Below are positions 1 to 12,876 of a stretch of DNA of 64,000 nucleotides, in pieces. This stretch comes from Gekko japonicus (lineage: Eukaryota). A model generated the notes under the pieces. It made no database searches. It was not told the origin of the DNA and saw only the letters and a program-made list of their open reading frames with translations. Both the position numbers and the translations under genes were made by a program. Every line of letters starts with the position of its first letter. Position 1 is the stretch's first letter. The DNA is taken from positions 767,990-831,989 of the forward strand of contig NW_015163094.1 of NCBI RefSeq assembly GCF_001447785.1, written 5' to 3'.

Positions 1-960
1 CCTCCTCCAACACCACATGTCAAATGAATCAACTTTCTTCCTGTCAGCAGAGAACCAATATAGTCATTATCCTATTAAGTCATCACAAAGTTCTCTGTTA
101 GTATTATAGGCTGATCAGTGGTTCTCTCAATATGTACTGCTCAGTTTTTCTGACTGTACCTCTCATATATACCCAAGGAGCTCAGGATTGGGTACATGGG
201 CCCACTCGTCTCAACAATCCTGTGAAGGAGGTAAGGCTGATAGTGACTAACCCAAGGTCTGCTTCTCTTCCTCTCAGTAAATATGTGGCTATAGATCTGG
301 CCAGACTGCCTGAACCTTTGGGGTAGAATGGGAAGCTTCATCGTTTCATAAACAAGCCAAACCGAGCAGCCCTTGTGGTTCTGGGAGCCTTTGGATTCAA
401 CCCATTATAAGTAAAGTCCCCAAGCATTTACTCAAATATAAAAATGCACAAGATTTTCTGGTGATGGCAGCTGCGTTAATATAGTTTTGGTATCCAATGA
501 TGAAATTATGCTGTCTCCTAATTCCTGTGTTAAAGAATGACAGGATCTATCAGCATTGGGGAAAAGCTAGTTATTCCAGTTTATGTTACATAATGAATTT
601 GGACTTGCTGTCTGCAGTGTGTGAAATTGCCTTTGACTTCAATGGATTGTACTGCCCCTAGCCAGTGACTCCCTGTGGACATTCTAATATGCCTCTATTA
701 TGAACAAGACTTTCCCATTCAGGTCACTCTTGTAAATAGCTCTGTACTTGTACTCCCACTTTATGGATGGGGTTGCCTTGGACATTAAACTGCATGGCTG
801 GTCCTTAAACACGCAGTAGTTCTGTGTGTCCAAGTGCTCTTACAGAACTTTGGATCTGGTTAATCGCTGGGCCTCATTTGTTTTGTAAAGATGCATGTAT
901 GCAGTCGGTAGGTGTTTCCTTTGTACATCCAGGCGAACAATTTATTTTAATTTTTCATAA

Positions 961-1154
961 CACACATTAAATTGCCTTATACTGAATCAGACCCTTGTTC
1001 CATCAAGGTCAGTATCGTCCACTCAGACTGGCAGCAGCTCTCCAGGGTCCTTTGCATCACCTACTGCCTGGATCTTTTTAACTGGAGATGCTGGGGATTG
1101 AACCTGGGACTTTCTGCATGCAAAGTGGAGGCTCTTCCACTGAGCCACAGCTCC
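961..1154 (-). mobile_element. tRNA-derived SINE with CR1-like tail (Squam2-type)
   Basis: Reverse complement starts GGAGCTGTGGCTCAGTGGAAGAG (A box), has GGTTCAATCCC (B box) and ends in the CR1-like tail GGTCTGATTCAGTATAAGGCA. Paralogues at 1601 and 19823. Confidence 0.85.
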
Positions 1155-1600
1155 TCCGTAGTTATGCATCCCTGCTGTTAACATCAACAGTTCAATGAAG
1201 CAACTTGTCTTCCTTCATCAAACTTCACCTGATGTCAAATACCAGAAGAGTACGATCTGCAAAAGCTGACTGTTGTTCTCTTCCCTTTCTCAAGCCAAGG
1301 AAAATTCTAGACAAATCTGGGTGATACTGTATGGTACCGGAGCCATAGAAATAATGTTGTCGTTGGTTTCTGGGTGGAAGGGTTTGAGATTCACCAGAGG
1401 GTTGCTATAGCTCCTAGCTAGGAACTGGGCAGCCTTAGCAGTAAGTTCCACACACCGTGAGCTGTGTGGTGTCAGCCTCCCAGGGGGTTGCCAAAGCTTA
1501 TATACTTGCACTGGTGGAATGGAAGGTGGCGTCAGCATGGAGGGAGCACTTTGTGATGGTCTGTAGAATTCAAGGTTCAAAATTGCCTCCTTGGCACATG

Positions 1601-1782
1601 GGGAGGGGCTATCAGTTGCAGAGTATCTGCTTTGCATGAGGAAAATCCAAGGTTCAATCCCTGCCAGGTAGTAGGTGATGTAACAGACTCCTACTGAGAT
1701 CTGCTGCCAGTCAGAGTAGATAATACTGATTTTAGCAGACCAGTCACTGACTGGGTATAAGGCAGTTTTATGTGTTCATGTA
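1601..1782 (+). mobile_element. tRNA-derived SINE with CR1-like tail, degenerate
   Basis: B box GGTTCAATCCC, core CTGCTGCCAGTCAGAGTAGATAATACTGA and tail GTATAAGGCAGTTTTATGTGTTCATGT; same family as 961-1154. Confidence 0.8.
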
Positions 1783-3135
1783 TCTTTGTGATTTATCCAC
1801 ATTTTTTTTGGTAACTGATTCATTGCAACATAGAGAAGATTAAGCTCATATTCAACGGAAGGTAAGTACATCTATCTTTGATTAGTTTGCTTTTCTTTAT
1901 CTGCAGTCCTGCACAGAGGGGATTATCTATGGTGTCTAGAAGATGGAAAACACTTTCTAGATTAACAGCTGGCAAGTACTGCTGCCATTTTCCTCCAAGA
2001 TAAGGCAGAATTGTAAGAGAGAGATTCTTAACTCACCTTACTTAAGCAAAGACTAATCAGTCTGCCCCTGAGGGCTTTTCTGTCATTTCAGAAGTCTGTA
2101 GTTCAAGACAGGCCTTCTGGTTTCTCTACTGGATTCGGCTTCTGCTGCTACTGCTTAAACACAGCCCACATCTAGTCAAATCCCTTGTGTTCTGCTTAGA
2201 GAGAGAAATCCTACCTGTGACATCCACTTTCTCTTATCCACATGGATAATTCTCATGGCTGCTATGACAAGAAGAAACAGCTGCTATCGGCAAAACTTCC
2301 TTTTTAGACGTTAAATGGGCCATATCTAGTAGACGTACTCACTGGTGCCTCAATGTTACACTTTAGGCTAGCTTTGTAATCCAATAGCATCCCAATGTTT
2401 TGACAGCTTGCTTTGAGATTAACACTGATTTATGGAGTTCCTGCTCATCCATAAATTTATAGCTACTGTACTTGGATGTATGAAGAATGCTTCTGTATTT
2501 ACACATATTGCTAAGAAAAGAATGATGACTCATGTATGAGAATTCTGATGACATTCCTCTTGTCCATTACATTTCATTTAGGTGCATGCGTGTCTTGTGG
2601 CCTATCTACATCCTGACGACTTGTTGTACAAGAAATGATATAATATTTGTATGTAGCGTGTAGTACTTGTGTAATCATTTTCATTAAAAAAATCCTTAGG
2701 TCTGATTTCTGGATTGGAAGTTGATGTTCAGTTGGGACAGTTATTATGCACTTTGTGTCCACTTTGGGGGGGGGGGTTGGTGGGGGATGATGATGCATGG
2801 GTGAGTGAGTGACTACTCCACCAAACTTCTCCAAGCCCCAGATTTGTCTCATGAGAAGGGCTGGATTTACCATGCAACAAATGGAAATTATTTACTTCTA
2901 TTATTATGCGTTCTTGATACTGTGCATCATTGGAAAAAACAATGAGTTTTAGTCCACTGCTTGGATTAGGGAAGAAAGAGAGGAGATGCATGACTTTTTT
3001 TTTCATAGTCTGTATTGCTCACAGACAACTTTGGATCTGAGACTTGAGGTGACCAGGCTCAGAGTACTTTGGGCCTTGTTTGAAGCCACTCTTGAAGGCA
3101 GCCCTAAGTATCAGTACTTATAGGAATGTTCTACT

Positions 3136-3349
3136 TAGGGTTGCCAGCCTCCAGGTGGGGCCAGGAGATCTCCCGCTTTTACAACTGATCTCCAGCTGAC
3201 AGAGATCAGCTCCCCTGGAGAAAACGGCTGCTTTGAAGGGCGGACTCTATGGCATTGTACCACGCTGAGGCCCCTCCCCAAACCCCACCTTCTCCTGGAT
3301 CCACCCCTAAAGTTTCCAGGTATTTTCCAACTCAGACCTGGCATCCCTA
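3136..3349. mobile_element. hAT-type MITE (TAGGGTTGCCA termini)
   Basis: TIRs TAGGGTTGCCA...TGGCATCCCTA, flanked by TCTACT on both sides. Several further copies in the window. Confidence 0.85.
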
Positions 3350-3624
3350 TCTACTTTGGCAAATTAATGCTGATGATGTACAATTATGTGTGCACATTTC
3401 ACTGGTGTCCAGGGCTGGGGACTGCACAAGAAGCATGTGCCCTTCCCATTAGGGGAATCCATGCTGTGGGCACCAGCTGCATGCACAGATACAGAAAACA
3501 TACACTTCCAAAATTCACTAATTGAAAATAGTGGCTTTTGAACAGTAATAGGCCTTTTCAGTTCCTTAAGCCACTGTCTTGAACACCTATTGTTAGGGAT
3601 GTGGTGAACCTTCCTGCAAGGTTA

Positions 3625-3842
3625 TAGTGTTGCCAACCTCCAGGTGGGGACTGGAGATCTTCTGGGATTACAGCTGATCTCTAGACAACAGAGATAAGTT
3701 CCTCTGGACAAAATGGCTGCTTTGGAGGGGGGGCTGCATGGCATTGTACCTCACTGAGGTCCCTCCCCTCCCCAAACCCTGCCCTTCCTAGGCCCCACCC
3801 CCAAATCTCCAGCTATTTCCTAAATGGAAGTTGGCAGCCCTA
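3625..3842. mobile_element. hAT-type MITE, same family as 3136-3349
   Basis: TAGTGTTGCCA...TGGCAGCCCTA termini; internal sequence colinear with 3136-3349. Confidence 0.8.
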
Positions 3843-5467
3843 TTCTTATGACCACCCGTTGTTCTCCAAACAGTAGACTGAGAACACTGTTCTTTTAAAA
3901 ACGGAGGGAATTCCAGGCAGCTTATGAGACATATTTCTCCATGCCTGCTGTCCCTTTAAGATGAACACTTGCATTGTTTTCCAGGGGAATGAGCTGTGAC
4001 TATTCGTTTTGGGGATTCCAGTCTAATGTCCCTTTCCCCCCCAGAAATGTGTCAAGCCAAATCAAATTCTGGAATATAGCACATGGACATTTATGGTTAT
4101 GTGAACTCCTGCTTGGTTCAGCACCCCTAGTGAACGTGGGACTGTTTCCAGCCTATGGGGGGGGGGCAGTTAATGATTGAATCTTTGACTGTGATGACAG
4201 CCAGTGGAAAGCCTTACTGTTCTACAAAGAAACAAACACTTCATTTCACACCACTATAAAGGAGGTGATACGTACACCCGATAGCTGAGCCTAATGCTCC
4301 TCAACAACCGTAAATGGTATCAGTTACATAATTTGGCAAGCTGTACCCATAAAAAGTGACTATCTCTGGGGAATGTCTAGCAGATGAAAGAATATTGATG
4401 CCAGCTTCAGGAACATAGTAGACAGTAAACTACTACTTCCGGGGAGGGGCATGAAAATGAGGGGAAATATTTTATACTTGTAAAAAGGCGTGTTTCAATT
4501 AAAAAAATCTTTCCTTAGAATTAATGAATCGAAGAATCTTCTCTCTTTCAATTGGATTTTCACTGCTTTTAGACGTAGTAACGTGCCAATTTGGCATGCC
4601 AATCAGCTCTGTCAGCTTCCTGGAGTTACAGATACTGCAGCACACATACAATTTTGCTTAAAACAAATCTCTTAACTTTATATACCTAACCAGTAATTTA
4701 TGACTCCAGCTGCCTGTTCAAAAAAAGGACTTAATTTATTTTAACCCCCTTTTGACCACACATTTGTGACATGAGAATACAGACTAAAATAGGGAAGTCC
4801 TTGCACCAAAAAATCTAAGCAAGGTATTGAAGATCCTCTTTTTTACCTAGGCTTTTAACCGAGGAGGTCCATCGTTTTAAAACTGTTTTTATGGTCTAGC
4901 CTAAGGACTGCTTTATAAATACCATTTCAGTTTGAAGAATGTTGTTTTTTGCTGTTTTTATGGTTTGTTTTGTGTCTTGTTTTATTACTCATAAGTTCAT
5001 GTGTTGATGTTTTAATTATTTGGTCATATTGTTTTTACTTTGTGAGCTGCCTTGAGCAGGTCTTTGGAGAGATGGTGTATAAATTTAGCAAATAAACGGT
5101 CAGCCGTGTTTTTAGATGCCTGGAAGAGGAGCCTCCCTCCTGATCTGGTCTCAGATTCACCATCTGGAAACGCATGCATCTGACAAATTGGGCTGTAGCC
5201 CCAAGGAAGCATAAATGTCTTTAAGGTGCCACAAGCCTCTTTTTTGTTTCTGCTTCAGTAAGCTAACCCAGCTGCCCCACTAAAATCTGTATCACTTGGG
5301 AATGTAGCCAAAGAGAGACGATAACAAGACTCTGAAAATATGAGGCTACTAAATTCAGCATCCTAACCAGTTCATACGATTTTCACTTTTAGTGTTCAAG
5401 AGAGCGAGAAATTGGGTTGCCGTGCTCCAAGGCTGTAGCCCCATGTATGTTTCTGTTTAAGTATTTG

Positions 5468-5741
5468 CTCTCTTTAAGTATTTGAATGGCACTTGAAGGA
5501 GGGCAGGGAGCTGTTCCTGTTGGCAGCAGAGGATAGGACTCGCAATAATGGGTTTAAATTAAAGGCGGGAAGGTACCAGCTGGATATTAGGAAAAGCTTT
5601 TTTACAGTAAGAGTTGTGCAACGGTGGAATCAGCTGCCTCTGGAGGTGGTGAGCTCCCCCTCACTGGCAGTCTTTAAGCAGCGGCTGGACAAACACTTGT
5701 CAGGGATGCTCTAGGGGCTGATCCTGTGGTTCTATGATTCT
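5468..5741 (+). mobile_element. CR1 LINE 3' end
   Basis: ORF 5493-5714 (RTRNNGFKL...LDIRKSFFTVRVVQRWNQLP...FKQRLDKHL) is the typical CR1 ORF2 C-terminus; ends with a TTCTATGATTCT tail. Confidence 0.92.
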
Positions 5742-5969
5742 TCCCTTAGGGTGAGCCCCACTGAACAAAATGGAACTTGTCTCTGAGTTAAGACGCCTAG
5801 AATAGGCTAAACACCTTTCTCTTAGAAAAACAAAGCCAGAAGAGAGAGCTTTGCACATACGCTTTGCTTATAAACTCATGCACAAGTTCATGATCTGACT
5901 AAACTCAGAAGAAGCTCTTTACAAGACCAACTGTGGTGCGGTGGTTCAAGTGCTGGACTAGGGTTTGGA

Positions 5970-6684
5970 GTTGCTGTTGTTCAGTCACACAGTCGAGTCC
6001 AACTCTTTGCAGCCCCATGGACCACATCACGCCAGGCTCTCCTGTATTCCAGCATTCTCTGGAGTCTGCTCAATTCCATGTTCATTGCATCTATGACACT
6101 GTCTAACCATCTCATCCTTTGCCGTCCCCATCTTCTTTGACCTTCAGTCTTTCCCAGCATCAGGGTCTTCTCCAGTGAGTGCTCCCTTCTCATTTGGTGG
6201 CCAAAGTATTTGAGCTTTGGCTTCAGTATCTGGCCTTCCAGGGAACAGTCGGGGTTGATTTCTTTTAGGATTGACTGATTTGATCTCATTGCAGTCTCAA
6301 GAGTCTTTTCCAGCACCATAATTCAAAAGCATCTATTCTTCGGCATTCAGTCTTCCTTATGGTCCAACTCTCACAGCCATACATTACTACGGGAAATACC
6401 GTTGCTTTGACTATGCAGACTTTTGTTGGCAGGGTGATGTCTCTGCTTTTTATTATGCTGTCTAGGTTTGCCACAGCTTTCCTCCCAAGGAGCAGGCATC
6501 TTTTAATTTCATGGCTGCAGTCACCGTCTGGGGTGATCTTGGATCCCAGGAATGTGAAGTCTGTCACTGCTTCCCTTCTTTGGGACTGGAATGTAAACTG
6601 ACCTTTTCCAATCCTGTGGCCACTGTTGCGTTTTCCAAATTCGCTGGCATATGGAGTGCAGCACTTTAACAGCATCATTTTAAA
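5970..6684 (-). mobile_element. BovB/RTE LINE 3' fragment with internal deletion, nested in a MIR/Squam3-like SINE
   Basis: ORFs 6286-6696 and 5981-6319 contain GDCSHEIKRCLLLGRK, VMYGCESWT, LEKTLMLGKTEG and QRMRWLD. A CAA-type tail lies at 5970. The host SINE head (5924-5969) and body (6685-6830) flank it. Confidence 0.93.
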
Positions 6685-8834
6685 GTCCCCACTCATTCTG
6701 AACCCAACTGAGTGACTTTGGGCCTGTCTCTCAGCCTAACTTAGCTCACAGGGTTGTTGTGAGAACAAAAGATGGGAGAACCATGTACAGTACTCTGAGT
6801 TCCTTGGATGATGGCTGGGGTGAAAATGTGATGATTTGGAAGCATATCCTCAATATGCATGCGATCAAGATACTCTTTGAATGGGTTTTATAAGACTGGT
6901 ATTCTGAAAGCGCAAATGATTTCTTAAATTTACCAGCCCCTATGTGGGGAAATCACTCATGAATCACTGTAGACAAGATCTTTCACAAATGTTTGGAAAC
7001 CTAACACTCTGCCATCCCCCCAGTGCCTATTCTGCTCTTCTAAAGAGCATCCTTCTAAGTATTTGCACTCCACATTATCACTGTGATTACCTGGCAGAAA
7101 AAAGTATCCTAAACTAGATTATGTGACACATTCTGAATACAGGTAATGTTACATGAATAGCTAGCACAGTAACTATTTATAATGCAAAAAATAAATCCTG
7201 ATTACTGTTCAGTCTCAAGAATCCTTGATTGTCAGGGGTGCCCTGCTGACTGTGAAACAGGAGTTTGCTAAGGGGATAATGTTTCATACCTCTGAAATTT
7301 TCTCACCATCTTAACAGTTTCTGAAAATGTACACACTCCTTGTCATGTTCCTCAAAAGGGGATTGCCACTTAATATGTCTCATTTTTATATACTTGTATT
7401 TTCATTGCGTTTATTGCCTTCTCCATTTGAGAAGGCAATAAATTGAGACACATTTCGTAAAGTGGGGCATGGTCCCTTTGTAAGACTAAGGTGAATTTGG
7501 AGAATGTATAACAGCGCACTAGCAGTTATCATGGAATTGTAATCTGTTTTAATATTGTTTTAAATGTTTTATTGTACTGGGAGGGCGGGGTACAAATGTG
7601 AATAAATAAATAAATAAATAAATTTAAGGCTGGATCACAGAGACATGAATTATTTAATTGACATTATGGAAGTTCAAATATTATTTGCAAAATCCGTCTC
7701 TTTCAGATCCATTTCCCCTCTGTCCAAAAACCTTTCCTGTGGCAGATGACTTCATGTGTTTAATGTTAATTCAATTGGATTTATACACCCACACCCACAC
7801 ACCAGTTTCTAATTTGTTGCTGTAGTCCATATTATTCTGTTCATTGCCTGGAACCCAAGTAGACTCCTAAAATGTATAACGTAACTTTATTATTGTTTTC
7901 AGATTAGGTACCTGTGCCTGATTAACAGCTATGAGGCCAAAACCTACTTTTGATCAATTGGTGTCACATTTTGATGGCTAGAAGGGTGATTATGTTTGCA
8001 TACAGAACATGATGGAGCTACCCAGTCCCACCCCCGCACATTCAAAATGGTTTAGAAATATTAATCAAAGTTAACAGGTCCAAAATAACTAGGGTTTTAA
8101 AGCCAATGACTCTTACTATGCATCCTACTGCAGATCCTCAACCACCCCACCCTCCGTGCTGTTTTTGGCATCCACTGATCCCAAGTGTGTTATTTCAGGG
8201 GGCATAGTAGGCTGCAATGGAAGGGGGATGTTGGAAAGTTTGCTTCCATGAGCACCACTCCAATTAGTCTAAATAGGATCAAAAACCAGTGTGCTTTATT
8301 GGAGCTCACAGCTAGGTATTTTCCCTCCCCATCTCCAGTTAAACCTTCACAGTCTTTGGGATGGGACTTTGCATTGGTTTTTTTCCCCCAAGTTCTATTA
8401 ACCAACACTGCACCTGACCACCTCACATGGTTTGCACCTTCTAAACCCTCTGGCTTTAGATAGGATAAAGGGTCAGACCTCTAACAGGTCCCAAGTTTGA
8501 AGAGGGGCGCTTATTCTGTAGATGGGGATGTGTTTTTGCATGCAGGCTCAACTGCTGCTACCTCTAGTTAAAAGATCTCAGGTAGCAGGTACTGAGGAAG
8601 ACTTGTCTCCTGGGAAGCCACTGCCAGTCAAATGCAGAGCTAGGTAGACAAATGGTCTAATTGTATAGACACCTACATTTTAAATACCTTGGCTACTGCT
8701 GGTGACATGAAATATGGGGGGGGAGCAGCATGCACAGACAATCAAGCAATGAACTAGAAGCAAGTGAGCAGAGCCGGACACTGGGCACTTGCCAAAAGAG
8801 GGAGGGACACAAGAGAGACAGAGCTGTGAGGTCA

Positions 8835-9836
8835 CAGCACCATAACCTATGCTTCAGTTGCACATTGTCTAAAGATGTCCAGATGTGCCTTGGAGACTAG
8901 GGCCTGGAGACTGGGGAACTTCTTGTGTGCTAATTCCATTCTATGTGGCTGGGATTATCCCATGCATGACACTTGGGGTGGAGTGTGTGTGAATGACTGA
9001 AGGAGCATGTGCGTCAAGTATATAGAATGTGTTGTCATCAAGGTATTTCCACCATCACTGATAAGTGTCTTCCAAACGTGGACAATGTGGGGACACTGTC
9101 TATAGTGACATAGCATTTGGTGGGAGGTGAGGTACTTGCTGAGGAATCTGTGTAGAGCTGCCAGGTCTCCTGAATTGGTGGGAGACTTCCATCCAGTAAC
9201 CCTATTCCCCTGCCACTGTTCGTGGGGCTGACAACAGGATATGTGTGTGGGGAGGATTGCCATTGCTGGTGATGCACTGCCATCACTTCCAATGTGACCC
9301 AGAAGTAATGTCACCACATTGGGATGAACCCTACCTCTGACAGCACCATAACCTATGCTTCAGTTGCACATTGTCTAAAGATGTCCAGATGTGCCTTGGA
9401 GACTAGGGCCTGGAGACTGGGGAACTTCTTGTGTGCTAATCCCATTCTATGTGGCTGGGATTATCCCATGCATGACACTTGGGGTGGAGTATGTGTGAAC
9501 GATTGAAGGAGCATGTGCGTCAAGTATATAGAATGTGTTGTCATCAAGGTATTTCCACCATCACTGATAAGTGTCTTCCAAACGTGGACAATGTGGGGAC
9601 ACTGTCTATAGTGACATAGCATTTGGTGGGAGGTGAGGTACTTGCTGAGGAATCTGTGTAGAGCTGCCAGGTCTCCTGAATTGGTGGGAGACTTCCATCC
9701 AGTAACCCTATTCCCCTGCCACCGTTCGGGGGGCTGACAACAGGACATGTGTGTGGGGAGGATTGCCATTGCTGGTGATGCACTGCCATCACTTCCAATG
9801 TGACCCAGAAGTAATGTCACCACATTGGGATGAACC
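8835..9836. repeat. Tandem duplication, period 506 bp
   Basis: 8835-9330 is repeated at 9341-9836 with about 7 substitutions and a short spacer (CTACCTCTG). Duplicated ORF pairs 8955/9461 and 9038/9544. Confidence 0.95.
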
Positions 9837-10619
9837 TCTAGCATTTTCCCCAAACTCTATGATTAAATCATAGAATTTTGGGCAAATTGTAGAGCGTTAC
9901 ACCTACATGGTGATGTCACTTCTGGGTCACACCAGAAGTGACAGAACAGTGTTGTCAGAAAGGCCATGCCCCCAGACTGGTAAGTCTCCCACGGGTTGCC
10001 TGCCCCCCCTAATTCTGTGAGAGGGGCTTTCATTGTTGCTTTGTGAACTCTCTGATATTATTGCAGCTAGGAGACCATGATTATGCCAGCATAAGATCTG
10101 GCATATTAGCAGCCACTTTAGGCTGAACATCTGCTTGCCTTGCCTGAGCTTGTGCACTTGGCCCTGCCATGGTGTGAAGTGTGGAGACCTGATTTCTGCA
10201 ATCCCTCTACCTCTTTTTTCCAAATGAAGTGATGGTGCAAATTAGGCCTACTCTTTTTGATATGCTCACATAGGCCAGATATAATACATCAGGAGGTATG
10301 AATAGATAGCTGTATCAGAATAGGAACAGTGACACTTCTACTCAAGCACTCTGTTATAAAATATTGCTGTCACATTCATTCAGGTAGTTTAAAAATGGTG
10401 AAAATTATAAGCATTAAGATGGACAGGCTTTTATTGCAAGAATGCCCTAAAGTGAAGCCCGATGACGATCTTGAGGTTTTTGTCTTTCAGGATGCTGTAG
10501 AAAGCAATAAAAAATCCATTACAGCAAAAGATGTGCTGGAAATGAATGTAAATAAGCTTTGCAACTGGATGATGTAATGTGTAGAGGTCTGTGTCACAAA
10601 TAATATTTCACCCACCAGT

Positions 10620-10695
10620 ATTTCACCTAGTATTAGGTTTGCCAACATCCACATGTTGGCTGGAGATCTCCTGGGATTACATCTGATCTCCAGGT
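10620..10695. repeat. Dispersed 76-bp copy of 12270-12345
   Basis: ATTTCACCTAG(T/C)ATTAGGTTTGCCAACATCC...CTCCAGGT with 2 mismatches; includes the flank and TSD of the MITE at 12284. Confidence 0.9.
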
Positions 10696-10934
10696 TAAAG
10701 TCAATCAGAATCCTGTATTAGTGTTTCTGGTTTATTGTAAGATCTCTCTCTCTCTCCATTTGCATGACTTAAAAAAAAGAAAGAAAGAACCTTTTCCCCT
10801 TTGTACATGGGAAATGTGTCCAACAGAAAATTCAATGGGGAAAGCATGTTATCAATATAGTATTTTAACTCACAGTTCTGTGAGATGAGCAGAATGTGAA
10901 CAGTTAACTTAATCCCTGCCTTTGAGCATTTCAT

Positions 10935-11344
10935 AGAATTGTAGAATCATAGAGTTGGAAGGGACCTCCAGGGTCATCTAGTCCAACCCCCTGCACAAAG
11001 CAGGAAATTCACAAATACCTACCCCCCAACCCCCAGTGACCCGGTTCTGTGCCCAGAAGGTGACAAAAAACCTCCAGGATCCCTGGCCAAACTTGGCTGG
11101 AGAAAAATTGCTTCCTGACCCCAAAGTTGCTTCCTGACCCCTGGGCATGTAAGAAAGGACCACAAGAACTAAGCACTGAGGTGACCCTTTCCACCCTCCC
11201 TCTCATGATCTGCCTAAGTTCACAGAAGCAGCATTACTGTCAGATGACCATCTATCTTGTATTTAAAAACCTCCAAAGAAGGAGAGCCCACCACCTCCCA
11301 AGGAAGCCTGTTCCACTGAGAAACCGCTCTAACTGTCAGGAAGA
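10935..11344 (-). mobile_element. CR1 LINE 3' end
   Basis: TAGAATCATAGAGTTGGAAGGGACC tail signature and GAAGCCTGTTCCACTG; ATTTCAT on both flanks (possible TSD). Confidence 0.88.
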
Positions 11345-12283
11345 ATTTCATGTAAACCAAAATTAGTTGTCCATCTGACTCAATGATTGTCTCCAAACAT
11401 CAATATTATTCAAAGGCTTTCTTTGAAATAAGCTGTCAATTTGATCATATAGAATGCATCTTTTAGCTTCTCTAGTCACTGTTTTTTACTTGGAAGAATT
11501 TTTTTTCTTCTAGTCTCTACCAAAGACAATACAAGCAATTGTCATTGAACACAGGACCAGTTCTTGAAGAGAAGATGGGATGCAGACAACAAAGTTTAGC
11601 AATAACAGTTCTGGAGTATAAGCAATCATATAACCTATACCAGCTGAAATGCTTGATACTATTACTTTCCAATATTAAACAGTTCACAAACACTCCCACC
11701 ACATATGAAAAAAGTAACAAAGCCATAAGTTCTTTGTGGTGCTATAAATTTTAGAAAGTCTTTTTGGTGACAGGTACCATTGGTTTGCTATTTTAATTGT
11801 GTTCTCTCTCAAAGAGAGACCCACTAAAAAGGTTGAACCTCATATAAAAAAGTAATTCCATAAAACTGGGTTTACTTGATGATCTAAATCACTGCTAATT
11901 TTTCTGATATTAGAACATAAGAACATGTTCCATGTTCTAATATCATGTTTCTTCCTTCTTACATTATTTCTTCCTCCTTACATGCTGAATTTATACCTCT
12001 GTGCTGGATTTCAGGCAGGGGAATTTTGTGGAATTACCTACTGTTATGCTGAGGTCCAGATAAAGAAATAGGTATGGTATGTGGCTTTTATTGAGATTGT
12101 GTAGGGGGAGGATGACCTTTGAAGATCCACATTCGAGGACAGGTGAGAAGGAGTCCTGTGAACTGTGGGTGTCAAGTGCACTGGGATGCATCTTAAGGTT
12201 GCCAACTCCAGCCTAAGAAATTCCTGGAGAGTACGAAACATTGCATATGGAGGGGAAATTTGAGGTGGGATTTCACCTAGCAT

Positions 12284-12876
12284 TAGGTTTGCCAACATCC
12301 ACATGGTGGCTGGAGATCTCCTGGGATTACATCTGATCTCCAGGTGACAGAGATCAGTTCACCTGGAGAAAATGGCTGCTTTGGAAAGTGGACTCCATGG
12401 TATCCATCCTGCAAAACAGTCCTACTGAAATTGCCTCTGATTACCATCTACCCAGCTGTGGGAGCTTGTATAGAAAGCCAGGGCTTTTTTTTTTTTTAAG
12501 AGGTACCAGAACTGTTAAGAGGGAAATGAAGTGTTCAATCTGTATTCTGAAACTCATGAACTTTTAAACATTTTAAAAAGAATTTTGTCAAAGAGAATGG
12601 AATGGAACTCCATTCTGGTGCATCCCCCCAGAAAAAAAGCCCTGTATGCCGCCATTTCTAGTTAAATTTTAATACGACAATTGATTATATTGATTATATT
12701 GTACATGGAATTTTGATGTTACCCGCCCTGAGCCCATGTGCAGGAAGGGTGGGATACAAATGCATTAAATAAATAAATAAGTTATACCTCATTGAAGGCC
12801 CTCCCCCAACCCCGCCCTCCTCAGGCTTCACCCCCCAAATCCCCAGGTATTTCCCAAGATGGAGCTGGCAACCCTA
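12284..12876. mobile_element. hAT MITE with 8-bp TSD CCTAGCAT, interrupted by nested inserts and itself inside an inverted copy of the family (about 12194-12955)
   Basis: TAGGTTTGCCA...TGGCAACCCTA; TSD at 12276-12283 and 12877-12884. Inside: a CAGGGCTTTTTTT...AAAAAAAGCCCTG MITE (12479-12644) and an L2-like tail (about 12700-12780). Confidence 0.85.

Noticed and set aside
1090-1154. tRNA gene (also 19823-19885)
   Set aside because: A and B boxes are present but continue into a SINE body and CR1-like tail.
1290-1637. 115-aa minus-strand ORF
   Set aside because: It starts inside a SINE and has no recognisable homology.
3130-3355. New MITE class with a 6-bp TSD
   Set aside because: Other members with the same termini (12284, 16064) show 8-bp TSDs, so the 6-bp match is more likely a decayed 8-bp hAT TSD.
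8955-9853. Tandem gene pair
   Set aside because: The ORFs are by-products of the 506-bp duplication and overlap hAT-like repeat sequence.
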